A stretch of DNA of 64,000 bases, from the NCBI GenBank assembly GCA_963837465.1, contig CAWINB010000004.1, positions 330,853 through 394,852 of the forward strand. The letters are read 5' to 3'. Positions 21,259 through 30,673 of the stretch are shown piece after piece (position 1 is the stretch's first letter; each line of letters opens with the position of its first letter). The notes beneath the pieces were generated by a model. That model was given only the letters and a program-made list of their open reading frames with translations, was not told the DNA's origin and did not search any database. The position numbers were made by a program, and so were the translations under genes. Source of the DNA: Candidatus Doudnabacteria bacterium (GTDB taxonomy: Bacteria; Patescibacteriota; Doudnabacteria; UBA920).

Positions 21259-24171
21259 ATGCCATCACCAATCAGCATAGGCACAAGGGACATTCCCTTA
21301 AAACTTGCCAAGACAATTAGTGAGAAAGTAAATTTAGCTTGGGACAGTGGAGAGTTTTTAGACAAGACCACGGCCGTTACTCAAGATTTGCTAAAATTTT
21401 GGTTTACCGAACCACACATAGAAAACCGATATATTAATTTTCACTCCGGCCAGCGCCAGGCTATTTTAAACACCATTTATTTGCACGAAATTTTAAGCAC
21501 GAAGTCCGTTAAAGATATTTACGAGAACATAGAATTTGAACTGTTGCCGGAAATAGACATAGCCGAGCTAAAAAAGCCAAAATACGAAATTCCCAAATAC
21601 GCTATTAAGATGGCAACCGGGACGGGCAAAACATGGGTGATGCACGCCTTGTTAATTTGGCAATATCTAAACGCCAAATATGAAGCCCAAAAATCAGGAA
21701 AGTTTTCCAAGAACTTTTTATTAGTCGCCCCCGGCATAATCGTCTACGAACGGCTGCTGGATGCTTATTTGGGTAAGGAAAATGAAAATCGGGAACGCCA
21801 ATTTGAGCAATCTGATTTTTACCAGTTTAAGGATTTGCTCTTGCCTCCGGCCTTTAGGGAAGAATTTTTTGGCTTTATCCAGTCGGCCGTAGCCAAGAAG
21901 CAGGACATCGGCAGCAAGGTGACTGGTGACGGCCTGATCGCCATTGCCAACTGGCATTTATTTATGGGGGAAGAAGAATCGGAAGACAAACCCGTTTCGC
22001 CATTAGACAGTCCACAACAAATCCTCAAAGACATCATGCCAATTCGGCCGGGAGTATCCGGCGGCAATTCTTTGGATGCTTTAGATAGTGCCTATTGGGG
22101 CGGCAAGGAATTGGATTATTTGGCCAATTTGCCGGATTTAGTTTGTATAAATGACGAGGCACACCACATCCACGAAAATAAAACCTACGGGGAAGTCAGC
22201 GAGGTGGAATGGCAAAAGAGCTTGAATAAAATTGCCGCCTCCAAAGGCCATAAATTCATGCAGATAGATTTTAGCGCCACCCCTTACGACGTAACCGGCA
22301 GCGGGCAAAATCGTATCAAGCATTACTTTCCCCACATCATTGTGGATTTTAAGCTAAAGACGGCCATAGACGGCGGCTTTGTAAAGACCATAGCCATAGA
22401 CAAGCGCAAGGAACTTGTGGATTTGCCTTTAGACTTTAAATCGGTACGGGACGAAAACAATACCGCTATTGCGCTCTCGGACGGGCAAAAGCTGATGATC
22501 CGTGCCGGATTAAATCGATTAAAAATTCTTGAAACGGAATTTGTTAAATTCACTAAAGATGCCGATGGGGTTTCCAATAAATATCCCAAAATGTTGATCA
22601 TGTGCGAGGATACTAAAGTTACGCCATTGGTTGAGGCTTTTTTTCTGGACGAAGGCTTAAGCGAGGACGAGGTGCTTCGGGTAGATTCCAATAAAAAAGG
22701 CGAGATACCGGAAACGGAATGGAGAGAACTTAAACAAAAATTATTTAATATTGATAAGCATGATAAGCCTAAAGTTATTATTTCCGTGCTCATGTTGCGT
22801 GAGGGTTTTGACGTAAATAATATCTGCGTTATTGTCCCGTTGCGTTCGTCCGCCGCCCCGATTTTGCTGGAACAGACTATTGGCCGTGGTTTGCGGCTGA
22901 TGTGGCGGGAGCCGGAATATCGTGAAGCCAAAATGGACAATATCCGGCAATTGATAAAAGAAAAACGGGAACCGCAAAACTTGCTGGACTTGCTGTTTAT
23001 TGTTGAGCATCCGGCGTTTTTGCAATTCTATGAGGATTTAGACAAAGAAAGCATCGTAGAAGTTGGTGACATACCAGAGGGAGGGGTGTTGGGGGAAATT
23101 ATTAAGGTTGGCTTAAAACCCGACTGGCAAAAATATGATATGTATTGGCCGATCATCTTGCGTGATGCGGAAGATGAAATGTCCGGCAGCCGTCCGCCGG
23201 TTGAAAAAATGGAAAAATTTACCGTTTATGCGTTGGAAGATTTAAAGAAGTTTTTTCATAAAGGCGGCGAAAAATTCGTGTCCGAGGAGTTAACCGTTAA
23301 AACCCGTTTTGGGGAGTACATGGTAGATGCCAGCCTGTTTACTTCCCAAAGCTATAATGAGTATTTGCAGAAAATAATCCACGCAGTAGTCAATAGGACG
23401 GCGAAGACAAGTGCACGTGGGCATAAAGTTTACCCGACGTTACAAATAAACCAACTGCAATTAGTTGAAGCTTTGGATTTTTATATCCGCAATCTGTTGT
23501 TTGGTAACTCATATGACCCGTTTGTTGATAATAATTGGAAAGTGCTTTTACTGAAGAATGGCGTTGTTACCCAGCATATCGTCAAAGAGGTGGGCAAACT
23601 AATTTTTGAAATGCAGAATAACACTACCACGAGCGAGGCATTGGTAGAAAAGCGCCATTTTGCCGAAGTGGACAGTTTGAGGATGAGGGAAAATTATTCC
23701 TTGCCGATTGTAAAAACTATTTACGAAAGATTGCGCTACCCTTCTAACAAAGGCGGTTTTGAAAAAGACTTTTTAAGCTATGCGGATGGCGACGGGCAGG
23801 TGGAGGCGATAATTAAAATCGAAGAATACCAGCACACCTTTGCCGTTATCAACTATATGCGTTCCGATGGTTTTCTCGCCCAATACCACCCGGACTTTTT
23901 AGTGCAGGCGGTCAATAAAATCTATGTTATTGAAACAAAAGCCGACAAAGACATTGACGATAAAAATGTCCGGCAAAAGCAGCTGGCTACGCTGGATTGG
24001 ATTAAGCGGATCAACGGGTTAAAAACCGAAGACAGATTAAAAAAAGAATGGGAATATGTTTTGCTAGGTCAAAGCAATTTTTACGGTTTAAGCAAAAACG
24101 GGGCTTCCATAACTGAAATTTGCGAATTAGCCAAGGTTAGCGAGGCTGCGGTGACCGGCAGGCTACTTTAG
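21259..24171 (+). CDS. res: Type III restriction enzyme Res subunit (SF2 helicase-nuclease)
   Basis: 970 aa with Walker A ATGTGKT, DEAH-like NDEAHH and helicase motif VI QTIGRGLR. Confidence 0.8.
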   Translation: MPSPISIGTRDIPLKLAKTISEKVNLAWDSGEFLDKTTAVTQDLLKFWFTEPHIENRYINFHSGQRQAILNTIYLHEILSTKSVKDIYENIEFELLPEIDIAELKKPKYEIPKYAIKMATGTGKTWVMHALLIWQYLNAKYEAQKSGKFSKNFLLVAPGIIVYERLLDAYLGKENENRERQFEQSDFYQFKDLLLPPAFREEFFGFIQSAVAKKQDIGSKVTGDGLIAIANWHLFMGEEESEDKPVSPLDSPQQILKDIMPIRPGVSGGNSLDALDSAYWGGKELDYLANLPDLVCINDEAHHIHENKTYGEVSEVEWQKSLNKIAASKGHKFMQIDFSATPYDVTGSGQNRIKHYFPHIIVDFKLKTAIDGGFVKTIAIDKRKELVDLPLDFKSVRDENNTAIALSDGQKLMIRAGLNRLKILETEFVKFTKDADGVSNKYPKMLIMCEDTKVTPLVEAFFLDEGLSEDEVLRVDSNKKGEIPETEWRELKQKLFNIDKHDKPKVIISVLMLREGFDVNNICVIVPLRSSAAPILLEQTIGRGLRLMWREPEYREAKMDNIRQLIKEKREPQNLLDLLFIVEHPAFLQFYEDLDKESIVEVGDIPEGGVLGEIIKVGLKPDWQKYDMYWPIILRDAEDEMSGSRPPVEKMEKFTVYALEDLKKFFHKGGEKFVSEELTVKTRFGEYMVDASLFTSQSYNEYLQKIIHAVVNRTAKTSARGHKVYPTLQINQLQLVEALDFYIRNLLFGNSYDPFVDNNWKVLLLKNGVVTQHIVKEVGKLIFEMQNNTTTSEALVEKRHFAEVDSLRMRENYSLPIVKTIYERLRYPSNKGGFEKDFLSYADGDGQVEAIIKIEEYQHTFAVINYMRSDGFLAQYHPDFLVQAVNKIYVIETKADKDIDDKNVRQKQLATLDWIKRINGLKTEDRLKKEWEYVLLGQSNFYGLSKNGASITEICELAKVSEAAVTGRLL

Positions 24172-24192
24172 CATTATGGATTGTAAAAATTT

Positions 24193-24369
24193 ATGTCACA
24201 TGAAGATTTAGACATTGACGAGTTCAAAAGAATTTTTGGAAAGTATTATGACAAGCCGCTTTCCGACCAAGATGCATATGAAGGCGCTTATGATTTGCTT
24301 AACGCTTTTAAATGGTTAGTAGATCAGGACGAAAGCAACAATCTAAAAATTCAGCCAAAAACTAGATGA
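24193..24369 (+). CDS. small hypothetical protein (58 aa)
   Basis: ORF found by eye, below the track threshold. Its stop overlaps the next start in an ATGA arrangement. Confidence 0.35.
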   Translation: MSHEDLDIDEFKRIFGKYYDKPLSDQDAYEGAYDLLNAFKWLVDQDESNNLKIQPKTR

Positions 24370-24533
24370 TTTCTCAAGAAGCGTTAGAAAAATATAAGGC
24401 TATTTACAAGGAAGAGTATGGTGCGGATATTTCAGACGCAGAAGCCTTGGATTTGGCCGTCAATCTTTTAACAATGATGAACGCAGTATATCGGCCGATA
24501 AAAAAAGAATGGGCTGAAGATGCTGACCTTTGA
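24366..24533 (+). CDS. small hypothetical protein (55 aa), paralog of 24708..24893
   Basis: MISQEALEKYKAIYKEEYGADISDAEALDLAVNLL aligns with MISKEHLEKYKQIYKNRFGKELSNQEALEQATKLL of the ORF 340 nt downstream. Confidence 0.4.
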   Translation: MISQEALEKYKAIYKEEYGADISDAEALDLAVNLLTMMNAVYRPIKKEWAEDADL

Positions 24534-24560
24534 ATTTAACAATCAAATTTAGATAAATTT

Positions 24561-24698
24561 ATGAAGGTATTTATTAGGTTAGTGTTAGGCTTAGTGGCAT
24601 TATTGTTTATAACTTTTATGTCGGCTGCTTTTGGGATAGGCGGGTTTTTGTTCACGCTCGGTTTGTTTGCGGTTATAGTTTATGCTTTTGCTAGGTAG
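24561..24698 (+). CDS. small hydrophobic peptide (45 aa, two TM helices)
   Basis: MKVFIRLVLGLVALLFITFMSAAFGIGGFLFTLGLFAVIVYAFAR. It lies between the two paralogs. Confidence 0.3.
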   Translation: MKVFIRLVLGLVALLFITFMSAAFGIGGFLFTLGLFAVIVYAFAR

Positions 24699-24707
24699 CT
24701 ATTTTTT

Positions 24708-24893
24708 ATGATTTCAAAAGAGCATCTTGAAAAATATAAACAGATTTATAAAAACCGTTTTGGGAAAGAATTATCTAACCAAGAGGCTCTTGAGCAGGCC
24801 ACTAAGTTGCTTAGGTTAATAGAAATTATTTACCATCCCATGACCCAGGAAGAGCTGGATATGGTTAATAGGCGGAGACAGGAATTGGGTTAA
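24708..24893 (+). CDS. small hypothetical protein (61 aa), paralog of 24366..24533
   Basis: See paralog alignment. Confidence 0.4.
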   Translation: MISKEHLEKYKQIYKNRFGKELSNQEALEQATKLLRLIEIIYHPMTQEELDMVNRRRQELG

Positions 24894-24899
24894 AAAGCT

Positions 24900-26114
24900 T
24901 TGACTAAAGTTTGCCATCACAAAGCTTGGAATTTTGCTATAATTAAGAGGCACAAAGCCTCTTTTAATTTAACCCCCTCTATGAACTATATCGAAGATTG
25001 GAAATTATATCTTTGGAAAAAACTGTTGCTGAAATCTGATTATTTCAGCCAGCAAAACCTTAACCTATTTCAGGCTATCCGTAATTTTGTATTTGGCCAG
25101 GACTGGGGCGGAACTGTAGGCAACGATTTGATAGCACAAGCATTAATTGAAATGAGCAATTTTCAGCCGCCCGCTGTTGAGATTACCAACGTTAGGATGT
25201 TAAAAGATTACCGAGATTACCATTACAAGAGATTGTCTGAAGAAGAAGCAAAAAAGGCGCTCGCGGCTGCCACAAGCTCAAGCTATACAAATCCAAATTC
25301 CAAAACCGTCCACGTTGTTTTGCAGCCCAACCACGGATTGCCTAAAGAAGTAGACCAGAAGCTGGAGAAACTTGAGAAGGACAAAAATCTGGCTGACTTA
25401 GATTTGGCGGACTTAAAAACGATGGCCTATAATGCCAAGCTCCCTCAATACTTATGGAATTACGTTAGCTTTGATGCGAAATTCCACAAAGAGCCTTTAG
25501 AAAAAAAGCTAAACGATTACATCGACTCTTTTATCCAAGGGGATTTGGTAGCGCCAAGGGGTTTTAGACTTTACGGCCCAAGACAGCAGATGGAGAGAAT
25601 GTGGCAAACTATACAGGTATTAGCGACTGGTCAGGGCTCGAAAAACCTCAAAGTTACTTTGCGGGACATTGTGCCGCCGGGACGTAGCCCAGTAAATGAG
25701 CATAATCTCTATAAATTTTATGAAATGATACTGGCTTTGGAGCGCAGTGGCGACATCACAGTTACTGATATAGTCGGCTCCGAGGCAGTTATTTCCATAG
25801 CCCCAAGGCATTTAAAAAATCTCGACCCGGACTTAAGGATACCCCCTGCTTTTGCTAAATTTGAAGGCAAGTTTGTCGAACATGAACTTCATTGGTATTG
25901 CCCTATATGCGGCAACAAGATTAAAGTCTTTGAGGACAAAGACACGCTGGCGGAAACCCTTACTATCCGCACCAAACGCTGTAAAAACGGCCACGAAAAC
26001 AAAATAATGATTATCGATGATAAGCTGTATTTGGAAAATACGCCCATTGCCGTTTCAGAAGCAATGGCACACTTTAAGCGCAGGAATAAAGTCCAAAAAC
26101 CAGATGGCGTTTGA
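24900..26114 (+). CDS. hypothetical protein with C-terminal zinc-ribbon (CPICGN...C.NGH)
   Basis: 404 aa with no recognisable catalytic motif. The true start is possibly the Met at about 24981. Confidence 0.4.
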   Translation: MTKVCHHKAWNFAIIKRHKASFNLTPSMNYIEDWKLYLWKKLLLKSDYFSQQNLNLFQAIRNFVFGQDWGGTVGNDLIAQALIEMSNFQPPAVEITNVRMLKDYRDYHYKRLSEEEAKKALAAATSSSYTNPNSKTVHVVLQPNHGLPKEVDQKLEKLEKDKNLADLDLADLKTMAYNAKLPQYLWNYVSFDAKFHKEPLEKKLNDYIDSFIQGDLVAPRGFRLYGPRQQMERMWQTIQVLATGQGSKNLKVTLRDIVPPGRSPVNEHNLYKFYEMILALERSGDITVTDIVGSEAVISIAPRHLKNLDPDLRIPPAFAKFEGKFVEHELHWYCPICGNKIKVFEDKDTLAETLTIRTKRCKNGHENKIMIIDDKLYLENTPIAVSEAMAHFKRRNKVQKPDGV

Positions 26115-26497
26115 CAGTAAGTTATTTTGGGTGTAAAATGTAAGCAGTTAATCTTTTACAATTTAATTGTTTCGCCTTATCGGTCTTGCCAGGCGGCGAG
26201 AGGTAAGGAAGGAATGATTATCCAAAACTTTTTAGACGGTTATACCCAAAGCTATTTGGCTCTGCCAGGAGGCGGAGGAGTAAGCGAGTAAGTATAACGC
26301 CATTAAGCCAAGATAATAGAAAAATCGGACCGTTGATTCGGCCTGGTCTTCTTGTTATTTTGGCTTTTTTCGTTTGACCAGCGCTTTTAACGGCGCTGGT
26401 TTTTGCGTTTTACGCAAGAAAATGGGGCAATTAGGTTGCTGCCTTGGGATCTGGTTTGCTCATAGAGGGGTTATCCTGAAACCGGGCAGCACCCTAA

Positions 26498-27703
26498 TTG
26501 CCTCTAAATAATCAAAATCCCTCTATGATGATTGACAGTATACGTCTAAGAATTTCTATATTTAGTAGCGTGAAAAATAACTTCTTTTTTAGAGAAAAAA
26601 GAGGGAGCCTTGATTATGATAATAGTAATAGACAGAGGGTTAAACAATTTATACGAACCAATTTTAAGTGGAGCGAACAACAACGGTCTCAGGGTAAATA
26701 TATCCCAAAATATTGGACAGAAACCAACAGCTTTGAGGGCGGTAAACAGTATCTTATTTTTGAATTTTCAGTTCCAAAGTTCTTGCAGGGACATAATTTA
26801 GTCGAAATTGCAGAAACCATGCTGCCTGTCTTGGTGGATCGTCTCGAGGACTTCTGTAAAATAATTCAACTATCAGTTGCGGAGGTAGATATTTTGGGTG
26901 CGCAAGTCACGATGGTCGCATATTGTCATAATGTTCCGATAGCCCATCTGGCTCCTTCGCAAGAAGTTATGAAATTGTTATCTGGATATACCTATCGTTT
27001 TCGTTCTAAATTTCGGCCCGAGCAAAATGAATTGGGACAGATTACTCATTTACAACTCGGTAATAATACTTCCCATGTTACTGCTTATGATAAGTTGCCG
27101 GAGATTATAGTGCATGCCCGAACTACTGAGGAATTGGAAATTGCCAAAATAATTAAAAATAAACAGTTGCCAAATCCTTACGGAAAAATTATTCAAGACA
27201 CCATTAGGTTTGAGCTCACTTTACATAATACTGTGTCGGTAAGGCAAGCAATGAAAAAATTTTATGGTGACAAGCCTTTTTACACACTCAAGGATGTGTT
27301 CAAAGCCGATATTGCGGCGGCATTATTAAAGTTGGAAATGGAGGAAATTTATAATCACCCCCTTAAAAATATAGCTGCAAATTCTAATTATGACTTCCGA
27401 AAACTAAATGATGAGGTCGGTAAATTTATTCGAGACCGCCATCAGGACGGCAAACTGATTGGCTTGCTGGAACAGGCCACCCTTGTTCTACACGCCGGGG
27501 GCTGGGCGGCGGTCAGAACTTATTTAGCGAAAGGTTGTTGCCGCCGGACTTTGCAATACCGGATAGCTGAACTACGCGAAATAGAAAAAATTGGAATTAA
27601 TTTGGGAACGCCAAATGAAAAAATTATGGAATATATTTTAAACCAATTTGGCATTGGAAAAACTAATTTACTTCCTAAAGGCCAACAATTATTGTTTAGC
27701 TAA
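26498..27703 (+). CDS. hypothetical protein, possible replication-initiation protein of the element
   Basis: 401 aa. Preceded by imperfect direct repeats (tgccaggcggcgagaggtaagg at 26184 and tgccaggaggcggaggagtaagcg at 26262). The functional call is weak. Confidence 0.3.
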   Translation: MPLNNQNPSMMIDSIRLRISIFSSVKNNFFFREKRGSLDYDNSNRQRVKQFIRTNFKWSEQQRSQGKYIPKYWTETNSFEGGKQYLIFEFSVPKFLQGHNLVEIAETMLPVLVDRLEDFCKIIQLSVAEVDILGAQVTMVAYCHNVPIAHLAPSQEVMKLLSGYTYRFRSKFRPEQNELGQITHLQLGNNTSHVTAYDKLPEIIVHARTTEELEIAKIIKNKQLPNPYGKIIQDTIRFELTLHNTVSVRQAMKKFYGDKPFYTLKDVFKADIAAALLKLEMEEIYNHPLKNIAANSNYDFRKLNDEVGKFIRDRHQDGKLIGLLEQATLVLHAGGWAAVRTYLAKGCCRRTLQYRIAELREIEKIGINLGTPNEKIMEYILNQFGIGKTNLLPKGQQLLFS

Positions 27704-27916
27704 TTTATATGCAACTGCCATGTTTATCTATAGCCAACAAAAACCATACAGTCTATGCGTCTTTTGTCTCCCTAAGTATTACGTCAATACACGTGCAATC
27801 TTTTGCACATTTTCACAGAGAATAATTGTGCAAGTTATAAAGCGCAGCTTAGGCAATATATGTGCAATCGCAAAAAGCCAAAATGTTACAAATCAATGAC
27901 TGAATAAAGTTGTCTC

Positions 27917-28885
27917 ATGAGCCAGTTTAACCAAAACCCAGATCCTAATTTTATACAGCAGCCATCTGCTCCGGTTTTAGGTTTGCCGGTCGTAAATACC
28001 CCACAGCTTTTGACCTTTGAACAGTTGATCCCGTTGTTTGGCGATTACGTCACTTACGATTTGAATCATAGTCCTAAGACATCCAAAAAGTATGTCGAGG
28101 GGTTAAGGCATATTTTGAAAGACCTACCCTTTATAGTTTACCCCCAAGACTTAACGTTGCCGCATATTACGGAACTGAAGAAAAAAGTGCAGTTGCGTGG
28201 CGCAAAAGAGTCCCGAGTTAATAGTCTACTATTCTCATTGCGAAAATTTTTAACCTATTGTAACGAAGTCTATAAACTGGTTACAATAAATCCAAAGGAA
28301 ATTAAAGTTATGCGATTACCAAAAAGGGAAGTGGTGTTTTTGGCTCCTGCCGAAATTGAGCAATTTTTAAGCGCAATGGATACAACAACTTTGCCGGGAT
28401 TACGAATACGGACGCTTGTAGAGGTGCTACTTTCCACTGCTATGCGAATTTCCGAAGCCCTGTCGGTCAGCCGTGGGGACATTGACTGGGAGGGCAAGGA
28501 AATTGTCATTATAGGGAAAGGCAATAAGCAGCGGACGGTATTTTTAAGCGATAGGGCAATCGGTTGGCTTCAAACCTATTTACTCCGGCGTAAGGATAAT
28601 GACCCTGCTTTGTTCGTAACCTTTGGCGAACCCAAACGCTTGTCGCCTTATGACTTGTCTAAGCAGTTTAAGCACTATGCTGAAAAAGCAGGATTAAAGA
28701 AAAAAGTAACACCCCATATTTTACGCCATACGGCCGCGACAACCATGTCCCATAACGGCGCGGACATTCGTAACATTCAGCTAATTTTAGGCCATAGCGA
28801 CATTAAAACAACCGCCAAATATTACTTAGGCGTGGACAAAGAGGCTTTAAAGGAAGCCCATAAAAAGTTTCTAAAATACGATTAG
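27917..28885 (+). CDS. tyrosine recombinase/integrase (class B)
   Basis: 322 aa with LLSTAMRISEAL...IIGKGNKQRTVFL...HILRHTAATTM...GHSDIKTTAKYY. A distinct clade from the 18138 integrase. Confidence 0.85.
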   Translation: MSQFNQNPDPNFIQQPSAPVLGLPVVNTPQLLTFEQLIPLFGDYVTYDLNHSPKTSKKYVEGLRHILKDLPFIVYPQDLTLPHITELKKKVQLRGAKESRVNSLLFSLRKFLTYCNEVYKLVTINPKEIKVMRLPKREVVFLAPAEIEQFLSAMDTTTLPGLRIRTLVEVLLSTAMRISEALSVSRGDIDWEGKEIVIIGKGNKQRTVFLSDRAIGWLQTYLLRRKDNDPALFVTFGEPKRLSPYDLSKQFKHYAEKAGLKKKVTPHILRHTAATTMSHNGADIRNIQLILGHSDIKTTAKYYLGVDKEALKEAHKKFLKYD

Positions 28886-28962
28886 GCAGGCAAACTACCT
28901 ATGGATTGAGTGGTTTCTAAGATAGTTTACCCCTTATTTTATAGGGTTTTTATGATTTTGGC

Positions 28963-28991
28963 TTGACAGAAGCCATAAAATCAGGTATAAT
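28963..28991 (+). promoter_or_regulatory. consensus sigma70 promoter (TTGACA-17-TATAAT) upstream of DGR target gene
   Basis: Perfect hexamers with a 17-nt spacer. An SD (aaggaggg) lies at about 29112. Confidence 0.55.
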
Positions 28992-29128
28992 TAAAAGTTA
29001 ATTTTGAGACTGGAAATTGAGCTATCAAAGTTTATTTAATGGCTGAATTGCCTGTCCCAACTGTTGGGATTTGGTGTGCCGTGGCTTTCACGGATGCAGT
29101 TAATGTTCCTATAAATCAATAAGGAGGG

Positions 29129-29806
29129 ATGACGCCAATGGAAACCCCGTTGACCGTATCCACTAACAATCCCCGAGAAGGCAAACAGGGCCGGAAGTTG
29201 TATTACCGGCTCAAAACCTCAATTAAGAAATCCGGATTATTAATTGTAGCGCTTCAACCCGCGCTTGAGTTCCCCGGCACAGCGATGGAAGACGACATCG
29301 CGGCTATCTTGGTAAAGTATTCCAAGATGGCTCGTGGCATCGTTACTCCCGTCCGCGCCGAGGACACCGGCCTCATGCCCCAGGGCTATTCGGTATACCT
29401 CACGCCGCAGGGCGTTCGCAAGGATCGTCTGGAAGGCGACGTCGAGCTGGCTAATGTCGACTACATCTGCCCGTTGCGGGATGATGATGGCGACTATATC
29501 GGCGGCGAGGTAATGCTCCAGCGGTCGGTCGAACTCAAGGCCATCGGTAGCCTCGGCTACGCTTTCGCGCTTCTCAAGGCGCAGGAGCAAGGGAAGGAAA
29601 TCTTTCCTGTCGAGTCGCGCGGCAAGCATTATTTCATTATGCCGCTCACCGAGCTGCTCGGTGACGACCGTGGCCGCCGCGTGGCTTGCTTCGGCTGGCA
29701 CGGCAAGTCGCTGCGTTGGGTGCTCTTCTTCCGTTGGGTCGGCGGCGTCTTCGCTCGCCGCGGTCGGTTTGTTGTTCCCCGCGAGAAGAAGCCCTCGGTC
29801 GCTTAG
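29129..29806 (+). CDS. DGR variable (target) protein, VR at C-terminus
   Basis: 225 aa. GC content is much higher than the surroundings. The C-terminal region ...ACFGWHGKSLRWVLFFRWVGGVFARRGRFVVPR is encoded by the VR. Confidence 0.75.
   Translation: MTPMETPLTVSTNNPREGKQGRKLYYRLKTSIKKSGLLIVALQPALEFPGTAMEDDIAAILVKYSKMARGIVTPVRAEDTGLMPQGYSVYLTPQGVRKDRLEGDVELANVDYICPLRDDDGDYIGGEVMLQRSVELKAIGSLGYAFALLKAQEQGKEIFPVESRGKHYFIMPLTELLGDDRGRRVACFGWHGKSLRWVLFFRWVGGVFARRGRFVVPREKKPSVA
29654..29782 (+). repeat. DGR variable repeat (VR)
   Basis: 129 nt aligned to the TR at 30148-30276. About 25 mismatches, every one at a position where the TR has adenine. A GC-rich IMH-like sequence and the hairpin ccccgcat...atgcgggg follow at 29783-29890. 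Confidence 0.85.
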
Positions 29807-30147
29807 TCCCTCGGCTCTGCCGCTGGGTTCTGGACTCTTGGCGCTTCGCATTGCCCCGCATTTTGACTTCGGTCAGGATGCGGGGTGTTTTTTTGTCCAA
29901 AATTTTGAAAGTTTGGTATAATTTAAGTAGATGGGATTTATGCCTGCGGTTAAGGCTTCAGGTGACCACATCTCGCATTGTTAAAAAACCAGAGTATCGG
30001 CGGCTACGGTTTCCGGTAGAGTGTTTTTTAACAAATCTTAAAAAGAAGATACTCGGTGCAAAGTATTGGCGGGCTTTAAGGCCCCAAATAAAATACAACC
30101 CCAAGAGTATTCAAGGGGTGGTGGCTTGGAATATACTTTGCATAATC

Positions 30148-30276
30148 CTGCTCGATGACAACCGTAACCGCAACGTGGCTTACTTCAACTGGAACGACAA
30201 GTCGCAGCGTTGGGTGCTCAACTTCAATTGGGTCGACAACAACTTCAATCGCAACGATCGGTTTGTTGTTCCCCGC
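30148..30276 (+). repeat. DGR template repeat (TR)
   Basis: Adenine-rich (AAC codons: AYFNWNDKSQRWVLNFNWVDNNFNRNDRFVVPR). Lies between the target gene and avd/RT. Confidence 0.85.
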
Positions 30277-30644
30277 TATTGTCTTCTTACTCCTCCCACA
30301 ACGGGAGGAGTTTCTTTTAATAACTGCCGCTGCCAGCCGCCAAACATTTTACCCGCGTCAACCAGAGGTGTTGAAATATCACTAAATTGTTTATTGTCTA
30401 AGGCTTTTAACTCCCAAGCCAATTGTAGGAAGTATTTAAGGGTATCAAGTTTAATGCTTGCCTTTTGAATTAAGATTGACTTGCTATCCCTTGAGGTAAA
30501 GCCCGCTGTCAGCGTTAGTTCAATAACATCGGTGAACAGGACATTGATTTTTTCAGCCAAGGAGTATTTTACCAGCTTGGGCAGGTGTGGCAGGTAGTTG
30601 TGCCAGAGTTTGTAAGCATCGGTAATTTTTTGTAATACCGGCAA
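30276..30644 (-). CDS. avd: DGR accessory variability determinant (Avd)-like four-helix-bundle protein
   Basis: 122 aa, helical, 23S-rRNA-IVS-protein-like sequence (LAEKINVLFTDVIELTLTAGF...LKYFLQLAWEL). Located between TR and RT as in canonical DGRs. Confidence 0.6.
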   Translation of the reverse strand: MPVLQKITDAYKLWHNYLPHLPKLVKYSLAEKINVLFTDVIELTLTAGFTSRDSKSILIQKASIKLDTLKYFLQLAWELKALDNKQFSDISTPLVDAGKMFGGWQRQLLKETPPVVGGVRRQ

Positions 30645-30673
30645 GTTGATAAAATTTCCGTTGGGGGGGGGGG

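Noticed and set aside
29654-30276. Direct repeats that could be mistaken for a CRISPR array
   Set aside because: Only two copies, 129 nt long, differing specifically at adenines, with an adjacent RT. This is a DGR VR/TR pair, not CRISPR.
29686-30468. 260-aa ORF spanning VR to TR
   Set aside because: Runs through the VR, intergenic hairpin and TR in an alternative frame. It is an artefact of the GC-rich repeat, not a gene.
30663-30673. G11 homopolymer
   Set aside because: Kept as a finding, but it could equally be an assembly or sequencing artefact. It cannot be distinguished without reads.
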